Source: Meyerozyma guilliermondii
Taxonomy: Eukaryota
DNA: 64,000 bases
Direction: 5' to 3'
NCBI GenBank assembly: GCA_051546255.1
Contig: CP128816.1
Coordinates: 434,001 to 498,000, forward strand
Shown: piece by piece, positions 41,498 to 51,099 of the stretch
Layout: each line of letters begins with the position of its first letter
How positions within the stretch are numbered: position 1 is the stretch's first letter
Notes under the pieces: model-generated
The model's input: only the letters and a program-made list of their open reading frames with translations
Database searches by the model: none
Told to the model about the DNA's origin: nothing
Position numbers and translations under genes: made by a program

Positions 41498-43429
41498 ATG
41501 GTTGACTTTTCACAAGAAAAGAACCATGATATTGCTTCTTCAAGCCGTGTGCTCGATTTAGATGAGGAATACAGTAACGAAGACTCTCCTGAATACTCCA
41601 ACATTTACATAGACGAGTACAATCCCAATGGACTCCGCAAGCCCACCGCCCATGAGAAACAGACGTTGAGAAGAGTTATTGTCAATCTTCCCTGGAAATG
41701 CTATTTTTTGTGTCTTGCTGAACTCGCTGAGCGAGCTTCGTACTATTCGGTTCAAGGTATTTTGTCCAACTTTATTCAAAGACCTTTACCTCCCGGTTCT
41801 ACCACAGGTAAGGTTATGGCTGGTCCAGGAAGTGAAAATATTTCTCCGGGAGCTTTGAATATGGGTTTACCCACCACACAAGCCATGACAAACTTGTTGG
41901 CTTTCTTGGCGTACCTTCTCCCACTTTATGGTGGTTACGTTGCCGATACAAAACTTGGAAAATTGAAGGCTATCTGGGTGGGAATTGCTGCTGGATTGGT
42001 GTCCCATATTTTGTTTGTGATTGCTGCAATTCCTCAAGTTATTGACCAGGGACATGGTATCGTTCCATTGGCTTTTGCAATCATCACATTGGCTATTGGA
42101 ACTGGGTTTATCAAGCCTAACTTGTTACCTCTTTTGATGGACCAGTATAAGGAACAGCACGATGTGGTTAAGGTTTTGCCAAGTGGTGAACATGTTATAA
42201 TTGATCGAGAAAAGACATTGGAAAGAATCACATTGTACTTTTATTGGTCCATCAACATTGGTGCTTTCTTTCAATTGGCAACTTCGTACATTGAAAGAAG
42301 AATTGGTTTCTGGTTTGCGTTTTTCATTCCTATTATCATTTACCTTATTTTGCCGGTAGTTTTCTGGTACTTGAAGACGGTGGTTATTGACACTCCCCCA
42401 GAGGGCTCGGTTTTGACCAATGCTTCCAAAATTATTAGAGTCTCTTATAGGAGAGGATGGGTCAAGAGACTCAGAAACGGCACCTTTTGGGACTATGCTG
42501 CGCCAACGGAAATGGAAAAGCGTGGTGAAACCTTCTACAAGGAACAACCCTCGTTCATCTCCAGAACTTATAACAAGCTCAGAGGCACCCCAGTGGAAAA
42601 ACCTCTTCCCATTACTTGGAACGATCAATGGGTTTTAAACGTCAAACAGACTATTGATGCCTGTAAGATATTCTGTTATTATCCAATCTATCTTCTCAAC
42701 GATAATGGTCTTGGTTCCGTACAGACGTCCCAGGCTGGTTCCATGACTCTCAATGGGGTTCCCAACGATTTGTTCAACAACTTCAATCCTTTGACAATTA
42801 TCGTCTTGATTCCAATTTTGGACTTGGCAGTTTACCCAGCCTTAAGACGATTCAAGATCAATTTCCGGCCTGTTTACCGTATAACATTTGGCTTCTTCGT
42901 TGCTTCAATGGCTCAAGTTGCCGGTGCTGTTCTCCAGCACAAAATCTACAAAACTTCACCTTGTGGAAACTACGCTACCAATTGTGAGAAAGGTGTTTCG
43001 CCTATAAGTGCCTGGCAAGAAGTTTCCTTGTACGTTTTGCAAGCAGCTTCTGAATGTTTTGCAATGACAACTTCATACGAAATTGCCTATACAAGAGCTC
43101 CTCCAAAAAGCAAAGGTTTGGTAATGGCACTTTGCTTATTTGCTTCAGCTATTTCTTCTGCGCTTTCTTTGGCCATTACCCCAGCTTTATATGATCCTCA
43201 TATCATCTGGGCATTCGTTGCTATGGCCTGTATTGGTATTTTCTTTACTATCTTGTTTTTTATTCACTTTAGAAAGTTGCACGTTCAAATGGAAAAAGAA
43301 CGAATTTGGAGAGAAACTTTGGACCACGAAGACAGAGTTGCTGCTTTCAAAGCAGCGGAAACAGGCGAGGTGACCACCAACTTTAATAATCTTGAAGCAG
43401 TGACCTCGTTGAGGGCCCAAGGGAAATAA
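41498..43429 (+). CDS. PTR2: POT-family di/tripeptide transporter
   Basis: ELAERASYY, GGYVADTKLG, GTGFIKPNL, FYWSINIGA; ATG at 41498. Confidence 0.93.
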   Translation: MVDFSQEKNHDIASSSRVLDLDEEYSNEDSPEYSNIYIDEYNPNGLRKPTAHEKQTLRRVIVNLPWKCYFLCLAELAERASYYSVQGILSNFIQRPLPPGSTTGKVMAGPGSENISPGALNMGLPTTQAMTNLLAFLAYLLPLYGGYVADTKLGKLKAIWVGIAAGLVSHILFVIAAIPQVIDQGHGIVPLAFAIITLAIGTGFIKPNLLPLLMDQYKEQHDVVKVLPSGEHVIIDREKTLERITLYFYWSINIGAFFQLATSYIERRIGFWFAFFIPIIIYLILPVVFWYLKTVVIDTPPEGSVLTNASKIIRVSYRRGWVKRLRNGTFWDYAAPTEMEKRGETFYKEQPSFISRTYNKLRGTPVEKPLPITWNDQWVLNVKQTIDACKIFCYYPIYLLNDNGLGSVQTSQAGSMTLNGVPNDLFNNFNPLTIIVLIPILDLAVYPALRRFKINFRPVYRITFGFFVASMAQVAGAVLQHKIYKTSPCGNYATNCEKGVSPISAWQEVSLYVLQAASECFAMTTSYEIAYTRAPPKSKGLVMALCLFASAISSALSLAITPALYDPHIIWAFVAMACIGIFFTILFFIHFRKLHVQMEKERIWRETLDHEDRVAAFKAAETGEVTTNFNNLEAVTSLRAQGK

Positions 43430-43505
43430 TGTACAGTAACAAGATAGTAAGAAAAATGGAAAATAGAGAAGTTTAACTTTGTACCGAATCCATTTTATAT
43501 AAACC

Positions 43506-44411
43506 TCAGTCTCCTCGCAACGCCCGGATCACCGCTGGCCGGCGCATCATGTATTTTGTCCATTTGTACACCTCAGGGAATTCAACCTTGAGATTTATGC
43601 CAATACGGTCCACCACATTATTCCATGGCACGAACAGCAAATCGGCTACCGTTGCCCGGTCCCCTACCAACCACACGGGATAATCAAAGTATCTCAGCTG
43701 AGACAAGGGTGTTGTGCCAGCACTATAAGCAGCGGCATTTTCGACGTCTAGGTCCATAATTAATGCCTCCCTTCTCTCCGCCAACGCCATTTCAATCACG
43801 CCGTACACTCGGCGAACTTCGTCTGTATACCGTTCTACGGCACTGGGGACCGGACACAGGTGGAAATAGCGAAAGTGAAGCGCCTGGCCGATCATGGGTG
43901 CATGGCCTGAAGTTTGGAAGAAAAGCCACGAAGAAATCTGCGACTGCTCTACAATGTTATCCAGCCACAATGCACACTCACCGTTATCACGAAGGTACTT
44001 GGAAACAAGGTACAATATTATGGCTCCCGACTCCCAGATACTGGTATTATCATTGAAGTGGTCAATTAAAGCAGGAACTCGAGCATTGGGGTTGATGGTG
44101 ACGAACTCAGGTGCACGTTGCTCGCCATGATTGAAGTCCAAAAAGATGGTATTGAATGGAAGTTCTAGCTCAGACAATATTATCGCCACTTTGAACCCGT
44201 TGGGCGCTGATCGATGCGAAAAAAGTGTGTATCCGTCACTTGGTTGTTGGGCAAAAAATTGAGTTATTCTCAGTTGTTGTGTTTGACTGGTGGCTTCGTT
44301 TTCTAGTTGCTGTTGAAGTAGATTGAGATTCGCCTCGTTCTGCTGCTGGTCTCCTATATTCACCGATTTGAGCCCGGCCGAAAGATGCGATATGGTATGT
44401 GCACCAGACAT
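43506..44411 (-). CDS. URE2: Nitrogen catabolite repression regulator (GST-like)
   Basis: GYTLFSHRSAPNGFKVAI, NPNARVPALIDH, WESGAI, ERYTDEVRRVYGV, MMRRPAVIRALRG. Confidence 0.97.
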   Translation of the reverse strand: MSGAHTISHLSAGLKSVNIGDQQQNEANLNLLQQQLENEATSQTQQLRITQFFAQQPSDGYTLFSHRSAPNGFKVAIILSELELPFNTIFLDFNHGEQRAPEFVTINPNARVPALIDHFNDNTSIWESGAIILYLVSKYLRDNGECALWLDNIVEQSQISSWLFFQTSGHAPMIGQALHFRYFHLCPVPSAVERYTDEVRRVYGVIEMALAERREALIMDLDVENAAAYSAGTTPLSQLRYFDYPVWLVGDRATVADLLFVPWNNVVDRIGINLKVEFPEVYKWTKYMMRRPAVIRALRGD

Positions 44412-44562
44412 GTTGTTGGAGATGAATGTTGAAGTTTTGTGGAGGCGACCTGCACCGGCGGCCGCGTGGTGGGTGTAATGGGCGTATATCGTATGTACTA
44501 TATGAAGAGTTGTGAATATGATGACATAGAAGCCAGTAGGCGTTTCTTAATTCTTGGTTTGG

Positions 44563-47500
44563 CTAGTCAAAGATGGTCTTTTTTGGCGAAACAATCGACA
44601 AGCCTTGGAGCTTTCCGCCTGGTAATGGGAGATTTTGCTGCAGTGAGTTATTGGATCCAACAGCAGAACTCGAGTCCATTCGTGATGTAAGCTTGTCATT
44701 GATGAGTGCTATGTCACGGAGCTTGGTCTCGAGCTTGCGTATCTTCTCGTGAGCATGGTTTATCTCAATCTTGTGTTGCTGCTGCATTTTGCCGATAACT
44801 TCGCGAAGATCCTCACGCTGGCTTTGAAGCCTGGCAATCTCCAGCGCCTGGCTGTAATCGTCCTCTTCTCCAGGCGCCAACATCAAGCCTCTGTCTGCTG
44901 GAACCCGCACTCCCTTGGCTCTTCGTTCAAGCTCAGGCATAACGTTATATTTAAGATCGGTGTGTTCTTTCACCAAGTCTTGATACTTCTCGTACAACAG
45001 CAGATATTCGTCCTTGTCTTGATACTCGGCCAACTTGTCCTGCAATTGATTCACCATATCGTTTTTGATCAACAACTGTTTGTAGAGCTCGGTTTTCTCG
45101 TAGTTGAGCTTGAGAGGGCTGGGTGAGACACCGTTCTCGAGGAACAATGCGTGCTCTTCACTTATAAACCTGAGCCTTCTTTCTTTATTGAGCTTTTCTT
45201 GTAGGTCACTGATATCCTTCAGCTTCTGCGTAAGTTCGTGCAACAAGTCTGATTCTGCTTGCCCTGAGTCTCGTCCCTGAAGACGGTATTCCAATGCCAC
45301 TTCACGACGAATCGAAGAAGCAAGCTCGGTGGACACCAACTCCAATTCATTGAGCAACGCTCCATTTTCTTGCATTATACCCAACTCCTCCTTGGTGAAC
45401 TTGACCCCGCTGCTCTCTGGCACCTTACCAGAGGCACTAGATGGAGTTGCGTTGGACGGCATGCGACGTGGGGCCCCTGCTACGGGCTCTTCTGACACAG
45501 AACTGGACCGCTTTCCTGATTTAGACAACCGCTTGAATATGTTGGAAGTAAGGGAAAACGTTCGTGACGAGCGTCTGCTCTCCGAGCGAGTTTCACGAGG
45601 ACTTTCTGGCGCTGTGTCTTTCTTCAGCAAACGAGGCTTATCTGCTTCTTTCTTGGAATCTTTGGAAATACGGTCATCAAACCCTTGAGAAGATTTGTCG
45701 TCAAAGACACTGATATGGTCGACATCACGAGCATGCTGGTTGTGGTCCTCTGAGCGATGAGAGCCGTGAGACGTACTGGCTGTGGTGGGAGCTGTCTCCT
45801 GTTGAGACCAGCGGTGTGCTTTTTCGCTATTTCTTTGTTCATCTTCATCGTGGTCGTTGTGATCTCCAGAATCAGCAAAACTACCGCTGACAAACTCGTC
45901 TTTTGGGGTGTTGATATCTGAGTAATTGGAGCTTCCCAAAGTGAGGTTTGAATCATTCGCTGGAGGACGGAAGTTCTGGTACGCTGTGTTCGTAACAAGC
46001 AGCCGTATTGATGGTTTGCTGGGTAGTGTATGCGAGACACGGTCTTCAGGTAATTCAGAAAGACCCCTTGCTTTTGTAGGAGATGGAAGTGGATCATTAT
46101 ACCCATCAGCACCTTGTGGAGTACCGCCTACCGTGGGAGAGGGCATAATCTCTTGCTCGCGGTCTATGTCAGATCTCCAATTTTGGTTATCTGAAGTATT
46201 AACATTGAGATCCCCTTCTGTGCTTTCAAACGATCTGGTTTCAAACGACGCATTATCAATATCAACTGGTGTGTCAATCTCGTCCTGGGCCAATTTGCTG
46301 GGTTGTCTGTCATGGTTAAACAAGTCTAATTTGCGTAGACGCATCGAATTGGATTTTTGTAATGTCGATTTGCGGGACACGGTTTCGTCCTCTTCATTGA
46401 ACTTGTACACCACATCGTCGTCCTCGTTCGAAAGGTGCGAATTGTCATTATTGACATGTTCTTCTTCCTCTTCAACCTTCATCAATGAGTCGCTCGACTG
46501 TGTTATATCACCCTGTGATTCTGTGGGCGATACTCGCTGGTACATTTCCCCATTGGAACCAATGAGATTTCGTGAGTAAAGCTGGTTCTGATTGACACCA
46601 ATAGGAGGCGCCATTGGTCCAGGAGGACGCAATTGCTGGTTCGGCGGCATCCTATTGGGCGAAATATTTCCATTACTCGTAAGCGACATTGTCCTTGGAC
46701 CGGCACCATTAGGACCTTGGCGCAAAGGCATTGGGCGCGGACCGTATTGACCCTGTTGACCCGGAACAGGTTGACCAGGTCCAGGCTGTTGGTAGCCGTA
46801 TGGTCCATATTGCTGGGAATTATACTGTCCGTGAGGTCCTTGTTGGTACAGTGGTTGACCTTGAGGCATCTGACCATACTGAGCCATTGGGGGTCTTTGG
46901 CCCATAGACATTGTACGGGGTCCACCCATAGACATTGCGCGGCCATTGGCAGGAACACCGTAAGGACCATTTGGCATATTTGGGCCATTTGTAACATTTA
47001 GTCCATTTGGCATATTTCCACCCATGGACATCGTACGAGGGTCCATTGGGTTCCCGGTCATAAGTGACATTGAGCGCGGATCGTTCATAGGGTTGGCACT
47101 CATCAACGACATAGATCGAGGATCGTTCATAGAATTGAATCCACCCATCGACATGGCTCTGGGATCACCTGGTGGATTCATAGGGTTCTGTCCACCCATC
47201 GACATTGCTCGAGCACTTGAAGCCAATGCCAATTTTTTCTGCTGGTTCATTTGTTTCCGGTACTGGACGTTGTTGACCGACTTTCCACCAGTACTGCCAG
47301 TTCCTAAGGTCGGTATGATAGGCGCCGTATCTTGTCTGCCCATGCCCGTTACGTATGGACCATGGTCTCGAAGATGAGCAATATCGTCAAACGAAACATT
47401 GGCTCCGTTAGTAAAGTCCAGCACGTCTGCGCCAGAATCATCGTTGAAAGCACCATCTGCGGGACCTTTTCGCCGAAAAAACCGGTTCATAGACAAGGCT

Positions 47501-47658
47501 GATTGCGACGTAAGTGAGGCTTTTCGCAGCCCTGGAACCTTGCGAGTTTCCATTCCATAAGGATCGAATTGTGCACCCTGATCTGCATACGAATCAGTCG
47601 ATAGAAGCTGTTGTCTGAGTCTTCCGTTGGAAGTTGCAGCGGCTGTGCCTGCGTCCAT
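44563..47658 (-). CDS. EPO1: ER-septin tether-like coiled-coil protein (YMR124W-like)
   Basis: MDAG N-terminus, DTAPIIPTL...NVQYRKQM...PRAMS and LELVSTELASSIRRE coiled coil resemble recalled Epo1. Confidence 0.75.
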   Translation of the reverse strand: MDAGTAAATSNGRLRQQLLSTDSYADQGAQFDPYGMETRKVPGLRKASLTSQSALSMNRFFRRKGPADGAFNDDSGADVLDFTNGANVSFDDIAHLRDHGPYVTGMGRQDTAPIIPTLGTGSTGGKSVNNVQYRKQMNQQKKLALASSARAMSMGGQNPMNPPGDPRAMSMGGFNSMNDPRSMSLMSANPMNDPRSMSLMTGNPMDPRTMSMGGNMPNGLNVTNGPNMPNGPYGVPANGRAMSMGGPRTMSMGQRPPMAQYGQMPQGQPLYQQGPHGQYNSQQYGPYGYQQPGPGQPVPGQQGQYGPRPMPLRQGPNGAGPRTMSLTSNGNISPNRMPPNQQLRPPGPMAPPIGVNQNQLYSRNLIGSNGEMYQRVSPTESQGDITQSSDSLMKVEEEEEHVNNDNSHLSNEDDDVVYKFNEEDETVSRKSTLQKSNSMRLRKLDLFNHDRQPSKLAQDEIDTPVDIDNASFETRSFESTEGDLNVNTSDNQNWRSDIDREQEIMPSPTVGGTPQGADGYNDPLPSPTKARGLSELPEDRVSHTLPSKPSIRLLVTNTAYQNFRPPANDSNLTLGSSNYSDINTPKDEFVSGSFADSGDHNDHDEDEQRNSEKAHRWSQQETAPTTASTSHGSHRSEDHNQHARDVDHISVFDDKSSQGFDDRISKDSKKEADKPRLLKKDTAPESPRETRSESRRSSRTFSLTSNIFKRLSKSGKRSSSVSEEPVAGAPRRMPSNATPSSASGKVPESSGVKFTKEELGIMQENGALLNELELVSTELASSIRREVALEYRLQGRDSGQAESDLLHELTQKLKDISDLQEKLNKERRLRFISEEHALFLENGVSPSPLKLNYEKTELYKQLLIKNDMVNQLQDKLAEYQDKDEYLLLYEKYQDLVKEHTDLKYNVMPELERRAKGVRVPADRGLMLAPGEEDDYSQALEIARLQSQREDLREVIGKMQQQHKIEINHAHEKIRKLETKLRDIALINDKLTSRMDSSSAVGSNNSLQQNLPLPGGKLQGLSIVSPKKTIFD

Positions 47659-48353
47659 GATTTAATTGTATAAGTAAAATGGGTGAAAAGTTTCCCAGAA
47701 TAGAAAGAAAACCTGGAGATCGAATAAAAATCAGCCTTGAATGGCGTGTCCGTCGTTTAGAGCCTCGTAACTACGAAAAATATCGAAAGCAAACGCAAAC
47801 AATACAAGTCGATGGAGGATCGGAATGCGGCAAAAATAGATTCCCGAGTGAAACGAAGGATAGGGAACTTTGGATGTAGCTTGATAAAGATCCGTGATTT
47901 ATGATACAAAAGAATTTAAGATTCTTTACCTTCAAAAGCAAGTAAGGATTTAAGGTTTAAGTGACCACAAACTCTGAAGTTTTGTGAGAATCGAAGGTTG
48001 TGATGCAAATGTATAAAATGACACAAAACCCGTTGCTTACCAAGCGCGCGTCGCTTCCAGTTCCGAGGGAACGGATATAAGCAAACCGCAGAAAACCGGG
48101 GTGCAGCAAATGTGCAAACCGGTTGTGTAAATGCGCTGTAAACCGGGGAGGTCGGTACAACACCGAGCTGAAGATACTGCAACCGGTAGTAAACTATAAA
48201 AGGAACTCGTTCGCGCTTTTCATTTTCTTCAATTACTTCATTCGTATTGCTTCTCATTGCTCGTATACACTAACTTTCGTACCACACCTTTAACGCATAT
48301 TGATCATATTGGTCAAATGATTAAGAACTTGATCACTAACCTAACTTTGCCTT

Positions 48354-48734
48354 CTAGTTCTCGTGGGCAACTATCAAACCGACTATCTTGTACCTCTTTT
48401 TAAAATAGTCCATCCATTTGTCCACCGCTTCGAGCTGCTTCTCAGTCAACCCTTCGGTGCTCCACGTGTTGCTATCAGTGATATCTCCCGTGAATTTGAG
48501 TTTGTTGAGCCCAAGCAATCTGGTGGCGTCTTTGCCTACAAACACGTTGTAACTTTTGCCTGGTCCATAACTGGAAATGTTGGGGGTGACATCAAACACG
48601 TAACCACGGATCCCTACGTAAACCAATGGCTTTGATTTTCCATTATAAAGTGAAAGCTGCGACCGTGTGAATATTTCAAGGTCCTCGTCTTTGACGTTTT
48701 CGTTGTACTGAATGATATCTTCCTGAGGCTCCAT
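48354..48734 (-). CDS. Small cytochrome b5-like heme/steroid-binding (MAPR/Dap1-like) protein
   Basis: FTRSQLSLYNG...YVGIRGYVFDVT...YGPGKSYNVFVGKDATR...W..YF.KRY.IVG; no TM anchor. Confidence 0.88.
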   Translation of the reverse strand: MEPQEDIIQYNENVKDEDLEIFTRSQLSLYNGKSKPLVYVGIRGYVFDVTPNISSYGPGKSYNVFVGKDATRLLGLNKLKFTGDITDSNTWSTEGLTEKQLEAVDKWMDYFKKRYKIVGLIVAHEN

Positions 48735-48841
48735 ACTGCACTTATACTGCCAGGTGTAATTCCAAAGTGTGGGTGATCTAAATCACACGTGCAGGAACAA
48801 AAAAACCCTACATCACAGAATACGCCTGTGGTACTTTTGTA

Positions 48842-49834
48842 ATGCCAGCTCTTGCCACAGACAAGTATCCGCCGACGATAAAAAAGCTATTTGCTCCTCG
48901 GCCGCCGCTTCTTCATGTCCCACCTTTGGATTATCCTCCCGAAAAACGCAGCACCAAACCAGTTTCTCCTGTCAGTAAATGGAAGGAAATATACCAGGAA
49001 CATGCCCAACGAATAAGAGAAGAAAACGAGACAACAGACACGGCTGTGGAAACTACACTTCAAAAGCAAGCCAAGGCTCGGGCTAAAAGAGAACGAGCTC
49101 AAGCCGAATCTTTCCAGCGACAAATGGAAGAATGGCTCGACCCATCGCTAGCTGAAAAGCATGAAAAAGAAGTAATGAAAGACCCATATTGCACGTTATT
49201 CATAGCCAGACTCGACTACGACGTTACAGAGGTGGAGGTGTCTCAGAGTTTTAGTCGATTTGGTGCAATTGCGTCGATTCGAATCATCAGGGACAATGAA
49301 GGCAAGTCAAAAGGCTATGGATTTGTAGTATTTGAGCGTGATACGGACGCAGCCACCTGTGTTCGTGAACTCGCCTCCACTGGAATCAAAATTGGGCCCG
49401 AAAGTAGTGACAGAAAACCCAGAACTGCACTAGTTGACATCGAACGAAGTCGTGTGATACGAAACTGGAAACCTCGAAGATTGGGTGGTGGTCTCGGTGG
49501 CCGTGGATACACACAACCCAGTCAATATCATCTGGCTGTGGCATCTGCAGCGGCAAGTGGACGCCGATTACCTCAAAAGACTCGAAGAGACAACCCGAAA
49601 TTCTCACCTTATCCGTCTGCTCAGGCTCCAACTCAAGGCGGCTCCATGGTACCTCCAGCTTACGGGCAGCCCGCGGCACCAGCATATGGTCTGACAGTGG
49701 CATACGGCCTGTATCGTGCTGCTGCACCAGAAACTTCTGTGCGCGATAAGTACGCCAAATACGGCACCTCGAGCATCACCTCTTACCGCCCAGCATCTAA
49801 TCTGCGTTCTGTTCGCAACATTAGACGTGAGTAA
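48842..49834 (+). CDS. SNP1: U1 snRNP 70K protein
   Basis: KYPPTIKKLFAPRPPL, DPYCTLFIARL, KSKGYGFVVF, VDIERSRVIRNWKPRRLGGGLGGR. Confidence 0.94.
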   Translation: MPALATDKYPPTIKKLFAPRPPLLHVPPLDYPPEKRSTKPVSPVSKWKEIYQEHAQRIREENETTDTAVETTLQKQAKARAKRERAQAESFQRQMEEWLDPSLAEKHEKEVMKDPYCTLFIARLDYDVTEVEVSQSFSRFGAIASIRIIRDNEGKSKGYGFVVFERDTDAATCVRELASTGIKIGPESSDRKPRTALVDIERSRVIRNWKPRRLGGGLGGRGYTQPSQYHLAVASAAASGRRLPQKTRRDNPKFSPYPSAQAPTQGGSMVPPAYGQPAAPAYGLTVAYGLYRAAAPETSVRDKYAKYGTSSITSYRPASNLRSVRNIRRE

Positions 49835-49937
49835 TAACTCTAAGATTTGCAGCCGGTATATGTGGTGTTTGGGTGTCTCTGGTGTATGGCTCGAACCGAA
49901 CTCCTTCATCTCAGCTCCAGCAACCACAGCATACAGC

Positions 49938-51050
49938 ATGGGAGATACTGTGCACAAGCGACCTGCGCCAGAGGAACAACCCGAGGCCAAAAAGCTCAAG
50001 CTGGAGACGGGACAAGATGCGTCAACAGCCAAGAGTTCCACTTTGGAGTCCTCAACACCCTCGAATCTGAATACCAATTCCGGAACCAGTAAACCGGTCT
50101 TAAAGAGAAAGTCTGCCGATGAAACAGATAAAAAAACGGTCAGTTCTGATGCAACCCCTGCTACTCCAGCCAATTCCGTATCTTCCTCTAATAACGCCAA
50201 CGAAACCCCAACCGCACCTAATACCAGATTGAGTTCTCCACAGCATGTTTTCGGGGCCACTAGTTCGTTTGGAAATAACGCTTCTTTCTCGAAAAGCTCG
50301 GTGGTTATGGGGAAAAGTAGCGACAACAATTCTGGAAAACATGTCTTTGGCGCGACAAGTTCTTTCGGGACAAGTATTGAAGATATAAAGAAACGTCCTA
50401 ATGTATTTGAATCTTTACCATCCAAACTCAATGACAAATCCGATACACCCAAGCTCACGTCTTCGTTCGGAGCCAACTCCAAATTTGGCAATGCGTTCCA
50501 GGAGTCCCTCAACAAGAAATCATTTCTCGAAGATGCATCCAGGGAAAAGTCCGAAGAAAGTGAGAACGACAGATCCGAAACCCCTCAGCAATTCAAGCAG
50601 GTTGAGTTATCACCAGTGGACAACAAAACTGGTGAAGAAGACGAGCGGACCATATTTACGTGCACAGCTAAACTCTTCGAGTTGGATCTCACCAAGATCA
50701 GCGAGGGATGGAAGGAACGCGGTTTGGGCCCATTGCATCTCAACCAAAGCATTTCCAGTCCCAAGCAGACCAGATTGGTGATGCGGTCACAGGGCTTGTT
50801 GAGAGTAATCCTCAACATGAAAATCAGCGAGAACACAAAACTATTGAAAGGGCTCGAAGCCAGTATGTCCCCAGGAAAGTTTTTGAGGGTCAACTCGGTG
50901 AATGCCGAGGGCAAGCCAGTTCAGCATCTCTTGAAGTTTGGCAGTGAGGAGCTTCGAAATGGTTTATATGACGATGTGGAGAAGTTGAAAGGGGAGAAGG
51001 AAAAAGACAAAGGGGACAAGGATAAAGAGAAAAAAGACGCAACGAAATAG
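49938..51050 (+). CDS. YRB2: Nuclear Ran-binding protein with FG motifs
   Basis: FVFG-like HVFGATSSFG x2, KTGEEDE...KLF...WKERGLG.LHLN...RLVMR..G(L)LRVILN RanBD; lies between SNP1 and EFM4 as in Saccharomyces. Confidence 0.9.
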   Translation: MGDTVHKRPAPEEQPEAKKLKLETGQDASTAKSSTLESSTPSNLNTNSGTSKPVLKRKSADETDKKTVSSDATPATPANSVSSSNNANETPTAPNTRLSSPQHVFGATSSFGNNASFSKSSVVMGKSSDNNSGKHVFGATSSFGTSIEDIKKRPNVFESLPSKLNDKSDTPKLTSSFGANSKFGNAFQESLNKKSFLEDASREKSEESENDRSETPQQFKQVELSPVDNKTGEEDERTIFTCTAKLFELDLTKISEGWKERGLGPLHLNQSISSPKQTRLVMRSQGLLRVILNMKISENTKLLKGLEASMSPGKFLRVNSVNAEGKPVQHLLKFGSEELRNGLYDDVEKLKGEKEKDKGDKDKEKKDATK

Positions 51051-51099
51051 ACGAGGCCATACATATAATAAGAATGTACTCTGCGGAGATTCAATAAAA

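Noticed and set aside
48334..48357. CACTAAC...TAG branch/acceptor-like sequence
   Set aside because: No canonical donor upstream and no sense-strand exon downstream.
49604..50515. 303-aa minus ORF, and the long N-terminal extensions shown for YRB2, MSI1, ATP4, WWM1 and PTR2
   Set aside because: Antisense shadow; the extensions mostly come from non-ATG starts in the ORF track and precede the conserved N-termini.
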